A stretch of DNA of 60,000 nt from Botryllus schlosseri. Taxonomy: Eukaryota. This document shows positions 11,228 to 26,200 of the stretch, in pieces. The notes beneath the pieces were generated by a model. That model was given only the letters and a program-made list of their open reading frames with translations. It was not told where the DNA came from and ran no database searches. Location of the stretch: assembly GCA_051294905.1 (NCBI GenBank), contig CM119372.1, positions 7,504,001-7,564,000 on the forward strand. The letters run 5' to 3'. Position numbers and translations under genes: made by a program. Within the stretch, counting starts at the first letter, position 1. Each line of letters opens with the position of its first letter.

Positions 11228-14200
11228 ATGGAGGTAGAAACAGATCCTGCTGTGTTTGAAGCACTTTGCGGCCTGGATTTCACTTTTCTACTGAAACGAC
11301 CTTTGTCGGAAATCAGACCCATACTGCCATGCTTATCAAGGATGCTGCTCTGCAACTCGTCGGACAAATCACAAGAGTAAGATCACAATCTGACAAATTA
11401 ATAGTCTCTGAATGTGGTTGTTTCCGAAACTCATATGAACTGCAGTGAATTGAATCTTATCCGCATAAATTGTTTGATGCATCTGCTGTTTAATTTTCCA
11501 AATATTTCAGAAAAATCTAACTCTAGTGTGATCTGGTTTGCAAGTATGTATTTGTTATTATTTCGTTATACGATTGCTGGATTGTAACCAAGTCACAAGT
11601 CAATATCACTTTTATGGTTTTGACTCGAGTCAAGTCGAGTCATTTTCAATTCACCACCGAGTCTAGTCGGAGTCCAAGTCAGCGAACAGAGGGTCGAGTC
11701 TGAGTCATGGTATTATGACTTGAGTCAAAGTCATTGTGTTGACTGCTCAGTTTTCAGTGGAAGTCTTGTTAAACCTACTCTGTTTGGTGATATCGAATGG
11801 TTCGCATTTATAGTATAGTAATTTTCCTCACTTTTAGCGGTTGCTGGTTGCATTTTCAAGTAGACGAAATCCCAATACGGTAGTGTGGTTACAATGAAAT
11901 GTCGGTCTTGACCTTTGAGACTCTAATCATATGACTTGGGTTCGAGTCATTCCTATATTATGAGAAATCGACTCGAGTCATCAGAAAATCTTGAGTCGAG
12001 TCATTACAACCCTGTGCAATTAGCATCCTACTAATATGTCTCAGTAAAATTTTTATCGGACTTGCTCATTTGCTGCCTTATGACCAGCTAGCATTTATGT
12101 CATCATTCTCGATCTAGCACTGATAGCTAATTAGCTTGATTTCGGCAGAAATTATGTAAATGTTTTTTCACATAGTGTTAAATAAACAATGTAAATAAAA
12201 TTACACTGGTCGAAGTGCTAATTATAGGACAGGAAGTGCGATTTTGGTATTGGCAATGTTCATTGACATTTGAAATTTTTGTCCAATATATTTCATCCCT
12301 CAACTTATTCAATGCAATTATCCAGATGGGAGGAAAAACAAGGAGATTTAATGCAAGTACTGTCGGGCATAGAAGATGTAAATGCAATTGTTTTGTTGCT
12401 CAAGGTGGACTTCCATGTTTTAGAGGTTGATGCTAAAGCTGAATTGAAAGCGAGGTGAGCTTGTAAATTTTTTAGTCCATAGCAAATCTGTTCAATGCAT
12501 TAGAAGACCTTGCTTCAATGTCACGGAATGCATAGTGCATAGACGTCTTTTCCTGGTACAGGAGCCTATAGCCTACCTCGTGTTTTCAGATTTTTTCCGT
12601 AACTAAATGAATATGTACGGGATTTTTCGCAACATACCGTAGTCAGTGTCTGCTTAAACACCAGTGGGTAATGAAGTCTAACGGGGTATGCAATTCTACT
12701 GCATTCGGCATTCAATTGGCTAAAAAAGTGTGATTGATGGATTAAAATGAAGGCTCAATAGAGATTTTTGTACTCGTGAGCATAGTGCATAGGTCGGCAA
12801 CCGTTTTTGCTCTGTGAACCGGTTTCAAAATGAAAATTTTTGTCTTGGACCGGTCGAAAAACATAAATATGTTCAACGTTGATACTTGATTGCGCCTCTT
12901 ACATTACAATGTCCATAAAGGGTGCACAGTAGGGGTGTTCAAAATTGACTTTTATTCTCAAATTGTACTGGCTACTTGATAAAATTGTTCGGTTACCTAA
13001 TTTAAGCCTACACACCAAATTTGGTTCAATTCCAGCCAGTAGCCGCATTGCTACAGAAGAAAATTTCTGCAGCTACTCGCTGGAATCGAACCAAATTTGG
13101 TGAGTAGGCTTAAATCATGTAACCTAACAATTTTATCGAGTAGCCAGTACAATTTGAGAAAAAAAGTCATTTTTGAACACCCCTAGTGCACAGAAAGTCA
13201 GTAACACATCAGTTTCGAATAAAGAGATACTTCATTCTCTTGAAATTTTTATCAGTGATTTTGACCTACATGGAACTTTTAACGAACTCTTCCACCTGTT
13301 GCTGACCCCTGCTCTGATGAACCTATTGATATCAACAAATCAAACCGTAAGCGATACGTTACCAGACATTACGAGAAAATACTTCTCCGAGTCTAATTTC
13401 ACGTATCTTGTTATGGCCATTCCACAGAAATCTTGCAAACAATCAATGAACTCCTGCGCAGGTATCACTAATAGAACTACTTGAAGACTGAAACAGTCAG
13501 TAGAAGTAGTTAGAAGATGTAAAGTAGTACTTGAATTGATGTTCTTGGAAGAAACACTTTGATAAATCACTATGTCCTCCCAATTTAGGATGATTTTGAT
13601 AATAATTCACTGGGCGATATTCTCAAAGTAATTCGCCCCTGTATTGGAATCTTTACTAATATCTATAATCTTTTACAGGCAAAAAGCGGCTCACAGCAAA
13701 AGTGTAATTACAACGAATCTCCAAAAACACGGACTGATACAGGAATTTGAGCGCTGTGAACCAGAGAGGAAGCTGCGTATTTTAATATCTGATCTAACCG
13801 CTATTTTGTCAGCTGTTAGCGCTGGTAAGCTGTCGAGTGTCGCGCTCTCTAGGATATCAACATACATCATATTTTTTTCAAGTTTTTAACAAGGGGGGAT
13901 TGCTTCTATGCCTGCCTCCTGGTTACACCAATATTTCTCCACAAATTTGTATATTGCTGTGTTTTGAGTAGGCCCTACTTGATCTAAATTTCACGAAAAT
14001 TGCAATCCTGGTGTTCTTGATGTCCAATTCAATTTGCTTGGGATAATGCTATCCCATGACACATAGCAACTTCCAAGACGCAGCATTGGAGTCGGAAGCG
14101 GTGCTGGGTCCAATAATTCATAGTGACGGCCGACAGGTAACAGTGGATGATGTGGATAGCATCTGCAGCGCAACATTAAATACGGTATTTGTCGAACCGA

Positions 14201-17200
14201 TGGCAGGCGATATAGATAATAATAAGATCTTGGTTACTTCCACACCTTATTTAACGTCCACTTGCAAAGTAGCCTAATAATTATGTTTTATATATTATTA
14301 TATATTTCAATAATTACATTTTAATGAGTATAAATATTACTTTGCAAGCGGACGATAAATAAGGTGTGAAAGCGACCAAGATCTTAGCATTAAATACCGG
14401 TATGTCATACGGACATCAAAAGTAACAGAAGTTTAGGGTGCTGTGCCAATTGCCAAAAATATACTCTCTATTTGGAGAAATCTGCATGATTAAATGTTAT
14501 TATACAATATTGAATATTCTCCTTTTCAGCAGATGACAAAATGCCCGTTCTGGATAAGGAAGGCTACGTTAGCAAGTCCGAGTTATTTGCATGCTCATCT
14601 TATTTTGAATTGGTGTCAGACGTCCTCTGCATTGCAGTCGCGGGTAAGGCATGTTACGTAAGTTTACCATACATTCTCCTCTAGGAGGATTTCTCCTCCT
14701 TTTTGGTAATTCGTCCTCCTTTACAGCTTTTCGAGCTAAGATTTTTTTTATTCCACCAACGTAAAATGTGAAAGAAAAACTGTATTTTGGGAGTTGAGCC
14801 GGAAAGATGACCCTTTTTTTAGTCAACCGACCACATAGTGGGGAAAATTTATCTTTTTTTCTGGATTTTCATCTTGTATTCTATGTTTGAAAATTTTGAA
14901 AAAGTTTCCTCCTTTCCCGATTCCAAAATATGGCACAGTAACCCTATGTTATGCTATGCTTTATGTCTGCTCTGCTGTCAGGTACATATGTACAAATGCT
15001 GTTGTACCTCCTTACATAGGCGCCGAACGCTAATTTTCCTTGGGTGTACGGGTTTGATGACGTCACAAAGAAATGCCGTCATAATCTGACGGAATGATAA
15101 ATAGAGTTAATACAGCATCAAATAATGAGGGTAAAGTGCATGCGTGAATGCCGATTATACAATCTCCTCGTGTTAACGAACTTGCGCGTAAGATAAGCTT
15201 GTCAACGAGTCCGGAAGTACTGTCAATTAGCGAGTCCCTGATCGCTCGCGAACAATTAAATACGCCACTTATCAACGCGTGTCACGTAACCTCGGCGACG
15301 ATTTGCGCAAGGCAAAATGTCCAAGTTGTTACGGAATCGATTTCAGGTTGTTCAAATCTTTCTCGTTTTTTACAACTCAAGCCTTGACACACATATTCTG
15401 ATGGTTATGTTTAAGTATTAGCGTAATTAAATTACGCATGCATGGCGCACGCATAGTCGCACAAGTCTGCGGACATTAGATGTCGTTCAGTTCGGCGATG
15501 TCACTCTTTAATCATAATTGCTAATCAGCATACACCTAACGGCGTTGTCTCCAAGCCATCGAGAGAAAGGAGCCAACGCATGCTGGGCTCGAGACGCGAT
15601 AGTTGGCCATGGCCAGTGATCATATCTTTCGTACCAGGCCTGTTGCAGATGCGATTGCGTAGGCAAGCGATGATATCGTGCGCGCCAACGCAGATGCGAT
15701 AGTGCAGGCTAGCGATGATACAGTGCGCACCGGGCCTACTACTGATGTTATTGTTCAAGTCAGTGAAACGAGGCTTGTTGGAGACGCGATAAATCAGGCA
15801 AGCGTCCCAAGCGATGATTGCCGAGCGCATTGCAATCAATGACATAATTTAGCGATCATCTCAGCATGAGATCACGTCGTCGCGTTACATTGTGCACAGA
15901 CGAATCTCGCTAATTAGCAACGCGCTTGTCGCTAATCGGCCGCGCGCAACGGGTTACCTCGCTCACATAAGCGGCAGCAGGTAATGTCGTAAACCGAAAT
16001 ACATTGCGATTCGTTCTAAATAACACAATCGACGTTTATGCCGCTACATGCCAAATCGAATTCTAGGTATGCAGCATACCTAAAAAAATGTCTAGGTATG
16101 CGTGGCATACATTGCATACCCAGGTTTGGCGCCTGTGCCTCCTTAGTCTGACTCCATATCCGCAGGGTCTTAATTACAGACTAGACTCAATGATTCCAGT
16201 GCTTGAATCAGGCTGTGTGAGTCAATTGTTTTGAGTACTGGATTTATACAGTATGGAGTGTGGGAGGATAAATAGGCCTACATACACATTCTTTTCTTTA
16301 TAGGTTTCATGTGTCAAATTTCATGCATTCATTCACTGATTTATATACTCATCCTGTTCAAAACATTGCCCAAGAGAATATGCATTTTACCAACCGACAA
16401 AATCGTGGCTGGCAAGAAAAGAGCAGTCATTCAGTATTGTTATTTGATTGTGCAGTATTTTTTTTAAATTATGCTGAAATGACTTCAGAGTAATTGTGGT
16501 ATGTTGCGCCGAAAATTATTTGATAACCCCTGTACGCCACCTTTTGCTAACTTATTCCATTCCGTGTGTGTTTTCTTTCATTGTACTATCAACACGGTAT
16601 TCAAACCAACAGAGTTGCCGATGCTGCTGCAAGTTGTGAGGATCGCAGAAGCTCTCATGTATGTTCCTAACGGCGGCAGGATGTTGAACAAACTAGTAAG
16701 AAAATTGCGCTAGTCTCGTCGCTGTGTGAGTGATTGCATCTTATCCTGTGCAGGTGTCGAATAACCCGTCTTCGTTAGTGCCAATATGTCAAAATCTGAT
16801 CAAAAATCATATCACGGACGACACGTCGGTGCCGAAGTCAACGTTGAAGGTTATAGAGGAAAGAAAGAAGTCTGCAATCGAAAGCTTGTGCCGACTCAAT
16901 CCTGTGATGGCTGCCAACATCAGAGAGTTCACGGTAGATAGGCTACTATATTTGTAGAACTAATTCTTGTGTGATCCAAAGCATTTTAGGCTAATAAACT
17001 AATGATATGCTGATATCGGGCATCGTACCCAATATTTTGTTGTATCAATGGTCTATCTCAGTGCTTTTCAACCTTTTTGAGCTCCATTCGCACTTTCTTT
17101 GTAAAATTAATTTCATTCGCACAAACTATCGAGTGTTGTTATACAAAAAGAAGATGAAGATACCTAACAACATTTTGTTGAGATGTGCAACAAATTGGCT

Positions 17201-20200
17201 ACTGTATCTTAAGCTATCAAGTGTCTCATTAAAAAGGCAACTTTTTCGCTCGTTTTGATTTTAACTATTTCACTAAAACCCTTCTCGACCAAACAACTTG
17301 TTGGGTTTTGAACATGAACTAGTCTACTAGTGCTTGGATGGCCAGGTCCTAAAATATGTTCTGCACTCCTATTCAAAATACCGCGTATCTTTGGCGAGTG
17401 AAAAGTGGTTGCTGGCAGAAATCGCTTTTGAGAGCTGACACAAAGGTCCCGGAGGCTCCGGGTTGTCGAAAGGGCGAAAAATCCACGTTTGTGTTGGGGC
17501 TTTTGCCTTATGTCTTGGAACATTAGGTGCAAAACGATCAAGGAGAGTATAGGCACATTGATTAGAGCTCGCTACCTTATGATACGTCGCTCCAACTTCT
17601 GTATCGCGAGCATATGCGAAGAGCAAATAAACTCACGATACTGTGTGTTCTGTTCTGTTTTTAGATCAATCCAACTTAAGAATTCATCACAGTTTAATTA
17701 CGGTAAAGCAGCTTTTAGACTATCACCAAAATCCTAATTTTTGTGACATCTCGCGAACCGAGCCTCACCCATGAAAAGGAATTCATTTTCAACATTACAG
17801 TTGTATGCTACGATTTTACGGAGATGTATGACATACAGAACGCGCGCAACACAATTCTGCCTAACACACCTCTACAAAACATGTCTGACGCACGCGATTT
17901 TAAATTGGGGCGAATGAAATTCATCTGATTGTCGCAGTTGTACTACTGTCTACGGATCATACCCATATCGAAAGGTTTGGCCATCCAGCATCGGTCATTT
18001 TTAGACCAGGGTTTTGTCGCCGCTTATGTTTCTGGCCCCGCATCTTATCAGCGGTTTGTTGGCCAAAGCGTTACGTCGTCACGTGCTCCGACGCAAAAAG
18101 GTTTGGCTTCGAAATGAATGAGTCTCATAGGCCTGAACTCGCTCGTTTCACACCCCTACACTAGTTCTTCCCAACGGTCTTCCTCCATGCTTTCAGAAAA
18201 AAAAACAGTCTGACAAATCTTATCATGAATTATCATGATAAAGCCATATTTTCTGCGTGTCTCGCTCATTGGCTGTAGTAGCCTACCCAACACAGTGATC
18301 TTGGACATGTAAAATCTATTGCAAGATTTTTTGCAATAAATTCAACAAATATCACATGCATATTAACAGATAGCTCTGGCATCGTGTCGACCAAACACCC
18401 TTTGCCGTCCATAAATAACCCTTGAAGGGGTTAAAATTTACGTTACACTAACTCTCAAATGTGACTTTGTAATGATAGTCATTTTTAGCCTGTCGCAAGC
18501 TCAGACGGGTTGATATACTGTTTGTCTCCCACTACACCAGCTTCCAAACCAGGCTTTTGGTTACATAATAATTATAGTGCGAAAATATTAATTCACCACG
18601 GCTTAGTGGTGCGTCGCAAGTGAAACAAGTTTACAATTGCGTCACAACTACAAAAGCTACACTCCCCTTGAATTTCATATTAGGCTTATTCTACGTTACA
18701 AAAATTAGCAATTATTCACGATTTTCATTCGCACATTATCCGGATTTTCATTCGCACTATTCGCACCACCTTCGTCATTCGCACTGCAATTTTTTTCATT
18801 CGCACTAGTGCGAACCGTCACACAGGTTGAAAATCTGATATCTTAAAAAAAATCTGATATATTCCATGGACTATAAAGTACGAGACTGTCACTGGCACTA
18901 CAAAAAGGAATGTCAGTGATGCTTGGCGACTATAAAGAAAATTGTGTGATGATTTTTAATTGCATTTTATTGAGACCAGTTTTCTTATATAGATGAATAT
19001 TTACTGATTTAGTGATATCATAATGTGCCGACATATCACTCCACAACATGGCTTGTTCACTAATCAGATTACAACTAGTTTTCCACTCGTTTTTACTACG
19101 GTAGTGCGGAATTTCCGACTCTGGTCCGGCTACCTAATATCAGGATCCAAATCCTCGGCCTGATCCTAAAATTTAGCGTGCCTTCATCTGTAACACCCCA
19201 TATCTTGTTTAGGTGGAATACTGTAAGATGCCGAGTCTTGCGATATCTTTGACGTTGAATTTCATCATGAAAGACACCCAATATGATGACGGGCGCGTGA
19301 GCAAGCTAGTGACGTTCATCAGCGGACTGCTTCTCGGTAGCAACACGAAAGTGCGGTCCTGGTTCGCAAGCTTTATCAAGACTACTCAGGATGTATGTCT
19401 TCTATCTGTTTATACTGAAAGTTAATTCAAATATGCATTTTGAAGAATGCTGTTAGAGTTTCCCAGAGTGATACCCCATCTAGTGGCTGGCTTTACTCTC
19501 CAAGGTCTATCCTTTCCTACCATTTGCTGCCTTTTTCTGTCTCGATGGAACAGGCTTAACAGCTTATCTTATCTCGAAGTTTGCCTTTACCAGATTATGA
19601 CAATCAGAATTAGTACCCAACAGGAAAAGTTGAGCTTATGCAATGGGACCACACATACATTGTAGTTTAATAGGGATGTGATGTATGCCAAAGCATTTTT
19701 AGTGACCAAGGGCAGTATTTTGTCTATACCGCTGTGATGCATTTCAACGTACTACCTCATGATCACAGTTACATAACAAGCCTTCTCAGCAAACCGTCCT
19801 ATTTCTGGGAATTTCACAGGTGAAACCAAATCTAATGCGACAGGAAATCGAGAAGGAACTTTACTCTATGGTGCAGTCTTCGGAAATACAACAGTTGACC
19901 TCCATGGATTGCAGTCAAGGTACGTGGAATATCTGGATTATTCTGTTCACTAGCCAGGCTGACGATCACTGACGTTTCGTAGACGCAATCGGCAAAGAGG
20001 ACGATCTAATCAACTCTATGTGTTTGCTAAGCGAAGAGCAGTGTCTACGAGCGACTACTCTTATACGATTGTGCTGCGCGCTGAAGGCTATCGCCGGGCT
20101 GAAGTATGTATTTATGTGTGAAACGGCGGAGTCTGAATAGTCGGTGGCTGTTCGTTTTTAGATTCTCGGAGACCGAGTCTGATCTGGTGCTGCGTCTCAT

Positions 20201-23200
20201 CACTTGTTTCCCGCCTCTGACAGCGGCTGGGATACGGTTCATGTCGTTGTCGCTTAGCATGTTGCTGGCGTGCTCGGCGCTAATTGTGTAGGTATCTTTT
20301 CGGAGAGCTTGTTCGGTGTTTTACATTGGGCGTTCTGATGACGAGCATTTTGGATCGTAATTTGTTGGTGGAAAAAAGCACCGAGTATCGATATTTTCTA
20401 CTATTTGCACGTACAGTCGTATTAAAAGAAGTCTGTCGGTGTAGGCTTGATGATAAACCGGCGGAGGCCTGCTTTTTCGTGATGTTGTGATCGATCCAAG
20501 CCTATTTACAATTAATCTCTAAAACTAGCACACTCTCTCTAGCTGGTGCCTCGCGACAGCCTAAAACTTTCATAGCAGATCGTCACTCTGCAGTAGGGCT
20601 CTTCAAAAATGACTTTTTTTCTCAAATCGTACTGGCTACTTGATAAAATTGTTAGGTTACCTAATTTAAGCCTACACACATAATTTGGTTCAATTCCCAC
20701 CAATAGCCGCATTGCTACAGGAGAAGAAAGTTTCTATTTATTATATAAAAATGAATAACAAAAAATTTGAAAATTTTCTGTTCACCCCATGAAAGTGTTA
20801 GGTTGTCTATAGAAACGATGCCCACTAAATTTGGTTCAATTCCAAACAGTGGAAGCGGGGTTATTGCCCTCGAAAAATTTGGATTTGAATAAAATAGTAT
20901 TTACGGTGGGCACCACTACAATAAATAATTAAAGAATTGGTCACCGTAAATACTATTTTATTCATAATCCAAATTTTTCGACGGCAATAACTCCGCTGCC
21001 ACTGGTTGAAATTAAACCAAATTTAGTGAGCATCGTTTCTATAGACAACCTAACACTTTCATGGGGTGAACAGAAAATTTTCAAATTTTTTGTTATTTAT
21101 TTTTACATAATAAATGAAAACTTTCTTCTCCTGTAGCAATGCGGCTACTGGTGGGAATTGAACCAAATTTGGTGTGTAGGCTTAAATTAGGTAACCTAAC
21201 AATTTTATCAAGTAGCCAGTATGATTTGAGAAAAAAGTCATTTTTGAAGAGCCCTACTCTACAGGCTGCAATCTACATCATTGATTGGGAATGTATGGTA
21301 TTTCCGATACCAAGCCATTCAATAAATACTGTATACTCTTGAGTCCCTGTAAAACACGCATATAGGGTTCAAATAGTACTTTTTCATATCCCCACCAACA
21401 CCACTAACAGCTGAGTAATTGTCAAGTAATCGCCCCAACCTCTTTCTTCGTTTACTGTAGTGAGCAATTTCACTTTTTTTGCTAAACTTTTCTATGCCGA
21501 TTTGATCTACAAGATACACGCAATTACACCCGATTAAAAGTGACGCCTACGTAGCTGTCATGGCCTTGTATGAGTTCATTGTCGACTGGTACCGCATGGA
21601 TCGTTATTATATCACTATGATCACTCATCTTGTGTTAAAACGAACGAAGTAGGCTACTGTTTATTGTGCCATAACCTAACAATAGGACTGCGTGCCTGTG
21701 TCCAAATCAACCCGAGTTTTTTTACATGAAATTTTTACTTTTGTAACGTTCCCGAGCATTTTGGCTAATGCGGCTGTTTTGGACCTGGGTTATCCGATCT
21801 CCTAATTAAGCGAATGAACCAATTTCTATTCTACATTTTAAATTTCTGTAGAGACAAAGAAAAAGAGAAGCAGTCCGTGAACTGGATAAAATGGCTGGCG
21901 AGCAGATCGTCGGAATTGCAAAAGTAAGATTATACGTCACCGATATCATGCTAGAATCATTGAACGCGTGTCTGTTGTACACATTCAGCGCTGGTCCCGA
22001 AGGCGGTTCGTTTGCCGAACAGCTGCTGCTGATGGCGATCCACTTGCACAGCGATCAGAGGCCGGCCGTGGCTCAGCTGGCCTGTTCCACTCTCGGCATG
22101 AGAATAAAGGTACCGACGTCGTCTCTCACGAGGATGCGACAGATCTTCACCGAGGAAGTCTTCACGACGCAGGTATGTGTGTTGGTGTCACCGAACCTTG
22201 TTGCCTAAATATTTTGGCAATATTATTTCAAATATTTTGAATATTTTGGCAGTAACAAAGCGCTTGTACTTGATTGAGAAATACTTGCTTAACTGGTTAT
22301 GTGGTTAAGTGGTTTTTAGATTATTTCCACTTCTACTTGAATAGTTTCTAGGAAAAATTACTTTTTTTGAAAAGTAAAAAGTAATTCGTTATTAGGCCTA
22401 CTTTATCTCACTTTTGTGTGTGAATTGACGTAATTGTTGTCCGCCTTGTAATATTTCCGATGCATCTGTTTTGCAGGTTGTCGCGGCACACGCGGTGAAC
22501 GTACCCGTTACGAAAAGTCTCAACGGGAACATGACCGGGTACCTTCCTATTCACTGTGTTTACCAGCTGCTGAAAAGCAGGGCTTTCTCGAAAAGCCGAG
22601 TGTCAATCAAGGTAACGGAGTACGGGGAAGCGCCGGGCTGTAGATACCTTTTTCGGAGTAAAATGTGCTACCCGTTAGTGTTGCGTCCGCTACGCCAGTC
22701 ACTTTTCGATCTGTTGGTGCCGTGGGAAGTTTGATTTGCTCATTAACAAAGAATTTATATTTGCTCTGTGGATATATTGCATTGACTATAAATAGCCACC
22801 TGTATAACTTATCGTCTGGGGTTATCAATTTCAAATATTGCCATTGTAGTGAAGTTGAAGTTCATCCATCATGTTCATTTTTCTTCTCATTTGCTGATTC
22901 GAGATTTTGACCAGTCCTGTATATGGAATGACGACAGGTCCTGCCAAAGCAATCTGTGCTTAAGGCTTCTTGCTTGAAAATGCGAGTTTGATACAAAGCC
23001 AAGACTACCATAGGCTCCGCACTTGAATGAGACTTTCTCCGATGAGATCGAGACTTCTGCCGGGGCTTCGTTGCTCGTGCTCTTTTGATTCCATCTATTT
23101 TAGCAGGGTTGTAACCAAGCCACAAGGTTCCGAGTCACAAGTCAATCTCACTTTTATAGTTTTGACTCGAGTCAAGTCGAGTCATTTTTAGTCCACCACC

Positions 23201-26200
23201 GAGACTAGTCCGAGTCCCAGTCTGCGAGCAGAGGGTTGAGTCCGAGTCGTAGTATTATGGCTCGAGTCTGAGTCCAAGTCATTGTGTTGACTGTGCTCAG
23301 TTTCAAGTTAAAGTCTTGTTAAAACCACTTTTTATAACTCTATTTGGTGGTATCGAATGGTTCGCATATAAAATATACTAATTTCCCTCACATTTAACAG
23401 TTCCTGGTCTCATTTTCAAGTACCGGTACCAATAGGCGAAATACCGACAGTGTGGTTACTTTACTATTTGAAATTACAATGAAATGTCGGTCTTGGCCGT
23501 CTGAGTCTCGAGTCCTATGACTTGGTCTGAGTCATGCGCAATGACTCGAGCCCAGATCGAGTCAATACATAGATTGGGTCGAGTCATTTCCGCATTTTGA
23601 GAAAATGACTCTCGAGAGTCATCAGAAAATCGCCACTCGAGTCGAACTCCAGTTGAATCAGGACTCGAGTCATTACAACCCTGTGTTTTAGGAGTGGATA
23701 TACAAACAAATATGTACAACGTCGTCGCCGCTGCATCCGCAGCTTCCGTCGTTGGTCCGGCAGTATGTCTCGACCATCGTCACTCCACATGCAAAAGGTA
23801 TGTGTACCAGTTATTTTATGTCAGTGACGCGAAGCGTGCATTCATGACCATTGTCTGGATAGTAATAAAATTTGCTTTGGTGCACTAGGCCCGACAAAAT
23901 TTGAGTACAGTGAACACTCCTCATGCATTGAAGTGAAGATATGGTTAGAGAGTCAAGAGTTGATAGAAGATTGTATTAAAGCTGCTTCTTTCCATTTATT
24001 TCTATCATTGGCCCATTAGAAAAACCGGACTTATCACCATATTTCTCCCAGCACACGACGACGGAATGCTCAACGATCCGCTTACAGAGCAAGAAATAAC
24101 GGATGTGTTCGATTCGAAAAACACAGAAAGCAGTTTGAGCACGCGTCTACTTATTCTCTATTACGTTTTGCTGTATCAAGACTCTGTTCTCAATCATATG
24201 AAAACCTTGGGTACGGTTCTGAGTCTAGTAAGCACCGTTATAGTGTTCTAATCGCGTGTATCATTCCAGTTACGCTGCAGTCCGCACCGAAGAGATATCC
24301 ATCGAGTCTTATCAATGCAATACCGGTTAAACTCTTATTACACAAATCTCAACGCGAGCCGCAATCCTTTGACAAGCTATACCCAGCTTTACTGGGCCTG
24401 CTACACACCCATTTACCGCACCTGTGTCAGGTACGTTCTCTTGCTTTTTAAGGTTGCTAGTTGATAAATGTGTTTGCTTTGATGTAGGTGGAGGACTGGA
24501 TTGCAGAGTTGGATATGGCAGTTTCGAATCCGGCTGATGGTTCTTCGGTGACGAGCGGGACTATGAGACCGAGGACTAGCCAACTTTTCTCGCCTGATTT
24601 GCTGTATCAAGGTTTGTGTATGAGACTTCGTAATATGCTATTAGCAGCTGACTAACACGGCTGCATAGCAACGATCGACTGGTTAACAATTTATTATGTG
24701 TTCGTGCTTATGGTAAAATTGTCATTTTAAATCTTTTTTGTAGGGTTGTTAACGTATCAAAGTTTTACAACAAAAGTGATTCGAGACTTGGCTATGTTAG
24801 ATGTTTCTGCTCCGTAAGTGGCTGGTACTCTTAACGGCGGAAACAAGCTGAAATGCTCGGTGTTGTATGGCCGTGTTGTGGCATCTAACACTGACATCAA
24901 GATATGAAATTCGTCTAGCGTTCAGGCACCGGTAACACCCATATGCAGCATAGCCAAATCTCAAACTACTCGTACATATCATATCAGTCATCTGCATCGA
25001 GAATACTTCAAGCGTCTGTTGAAGCAAAAGAACATGTTGTAACCACAAATCTGCTGCAATATTTCAAGTTTCTGAAAACTGCTCACTTGGTGGGCTGGAT
25101 AAACTTAGTACTCAGTCACTATCAGTTCTGACTCTCTCCAGTAAAAGATTTTAAGTTGATTTTCTGTGACATAGAAAATTTTTCATCCGAAAAATAGTAA
25201 TCGACGTCCATTTATTGACCGTATCACGTCGAATGTGTCGTTTTGGAGTGGAAATTTGACAGGTTTCAACACTATCGGTACTTTGGGGCGGGTCTGCAAT
25301 ATTATATGCCTGTCCGCAATTGCTGTTATTTGGATTCAGGCCTCTCACACGCTGATGTCAATCCTGCACTAGCGTTGATGCACTTGAGGACTTTGACCTC
25401 GGCAAAAGTCGATCCAGAATTGACGATACCGTACGCGGAACCTCTCACGAGAGGTTTCTCAAAACTCTTGGAAGAAAGCGTTTCTAGGAGAGTGAAACAG
25501 GAAGCGTGCAATCTTTGGAGGAAGTTGAATTCGGTCATTCCTTGCAAGTACGGTCGTTGTTATTGCACTATTACTGTCTAGTCAGTTTCAGATGCTATAT
25601 TGTGTGATCTCATTGGCGCTGCCTACACCATACCATACCATGCCATTGCAATCAGTAAAACCAGTATCAATCAAGAACTGTCGATACTTTGATTCCAAAA
25701 ATGTTTTCTTCTGTGTCAGGGTGCTGGAATCGACGGAAACCGTCCGAGATTGAGAATCTCGGCATAGTTTTGAACTAATACAGGGCAGCGAAATTATGGG
25801 CTATCGACTACCCTAGTAACACTGTTTTTGCCCATTGAATTATCTCTAGTAAACATCAAATGAATTATTCATAGCCCTCGAACAAGGTTAAGATCAGTTA
25901 TGGGTTATGGGGGATTGCGGATATGCAATTTGACACTTTATGATTGAGAGGCACGTGAACGGTTTGCATTTTCACGCTGCATTGTTTGACGGTATAAAAT
26001 TAAACGGCTTGTTTTCGTCACACCCATCACGGTCTCGCATTTTATTACAGCTTGTGGGTTCTCACTTGCAACGCGTTGCGACGCCGGTCGGCAGCGGGGT
26101 CCGCGTTTGCGATCAAGCAGCCCGACATTATTTTGGAGAACCTCGTCGAAGACCCGCTCGTCATCCTGGGGTTGGACGATCGGATATTTCGCAATCCTGA

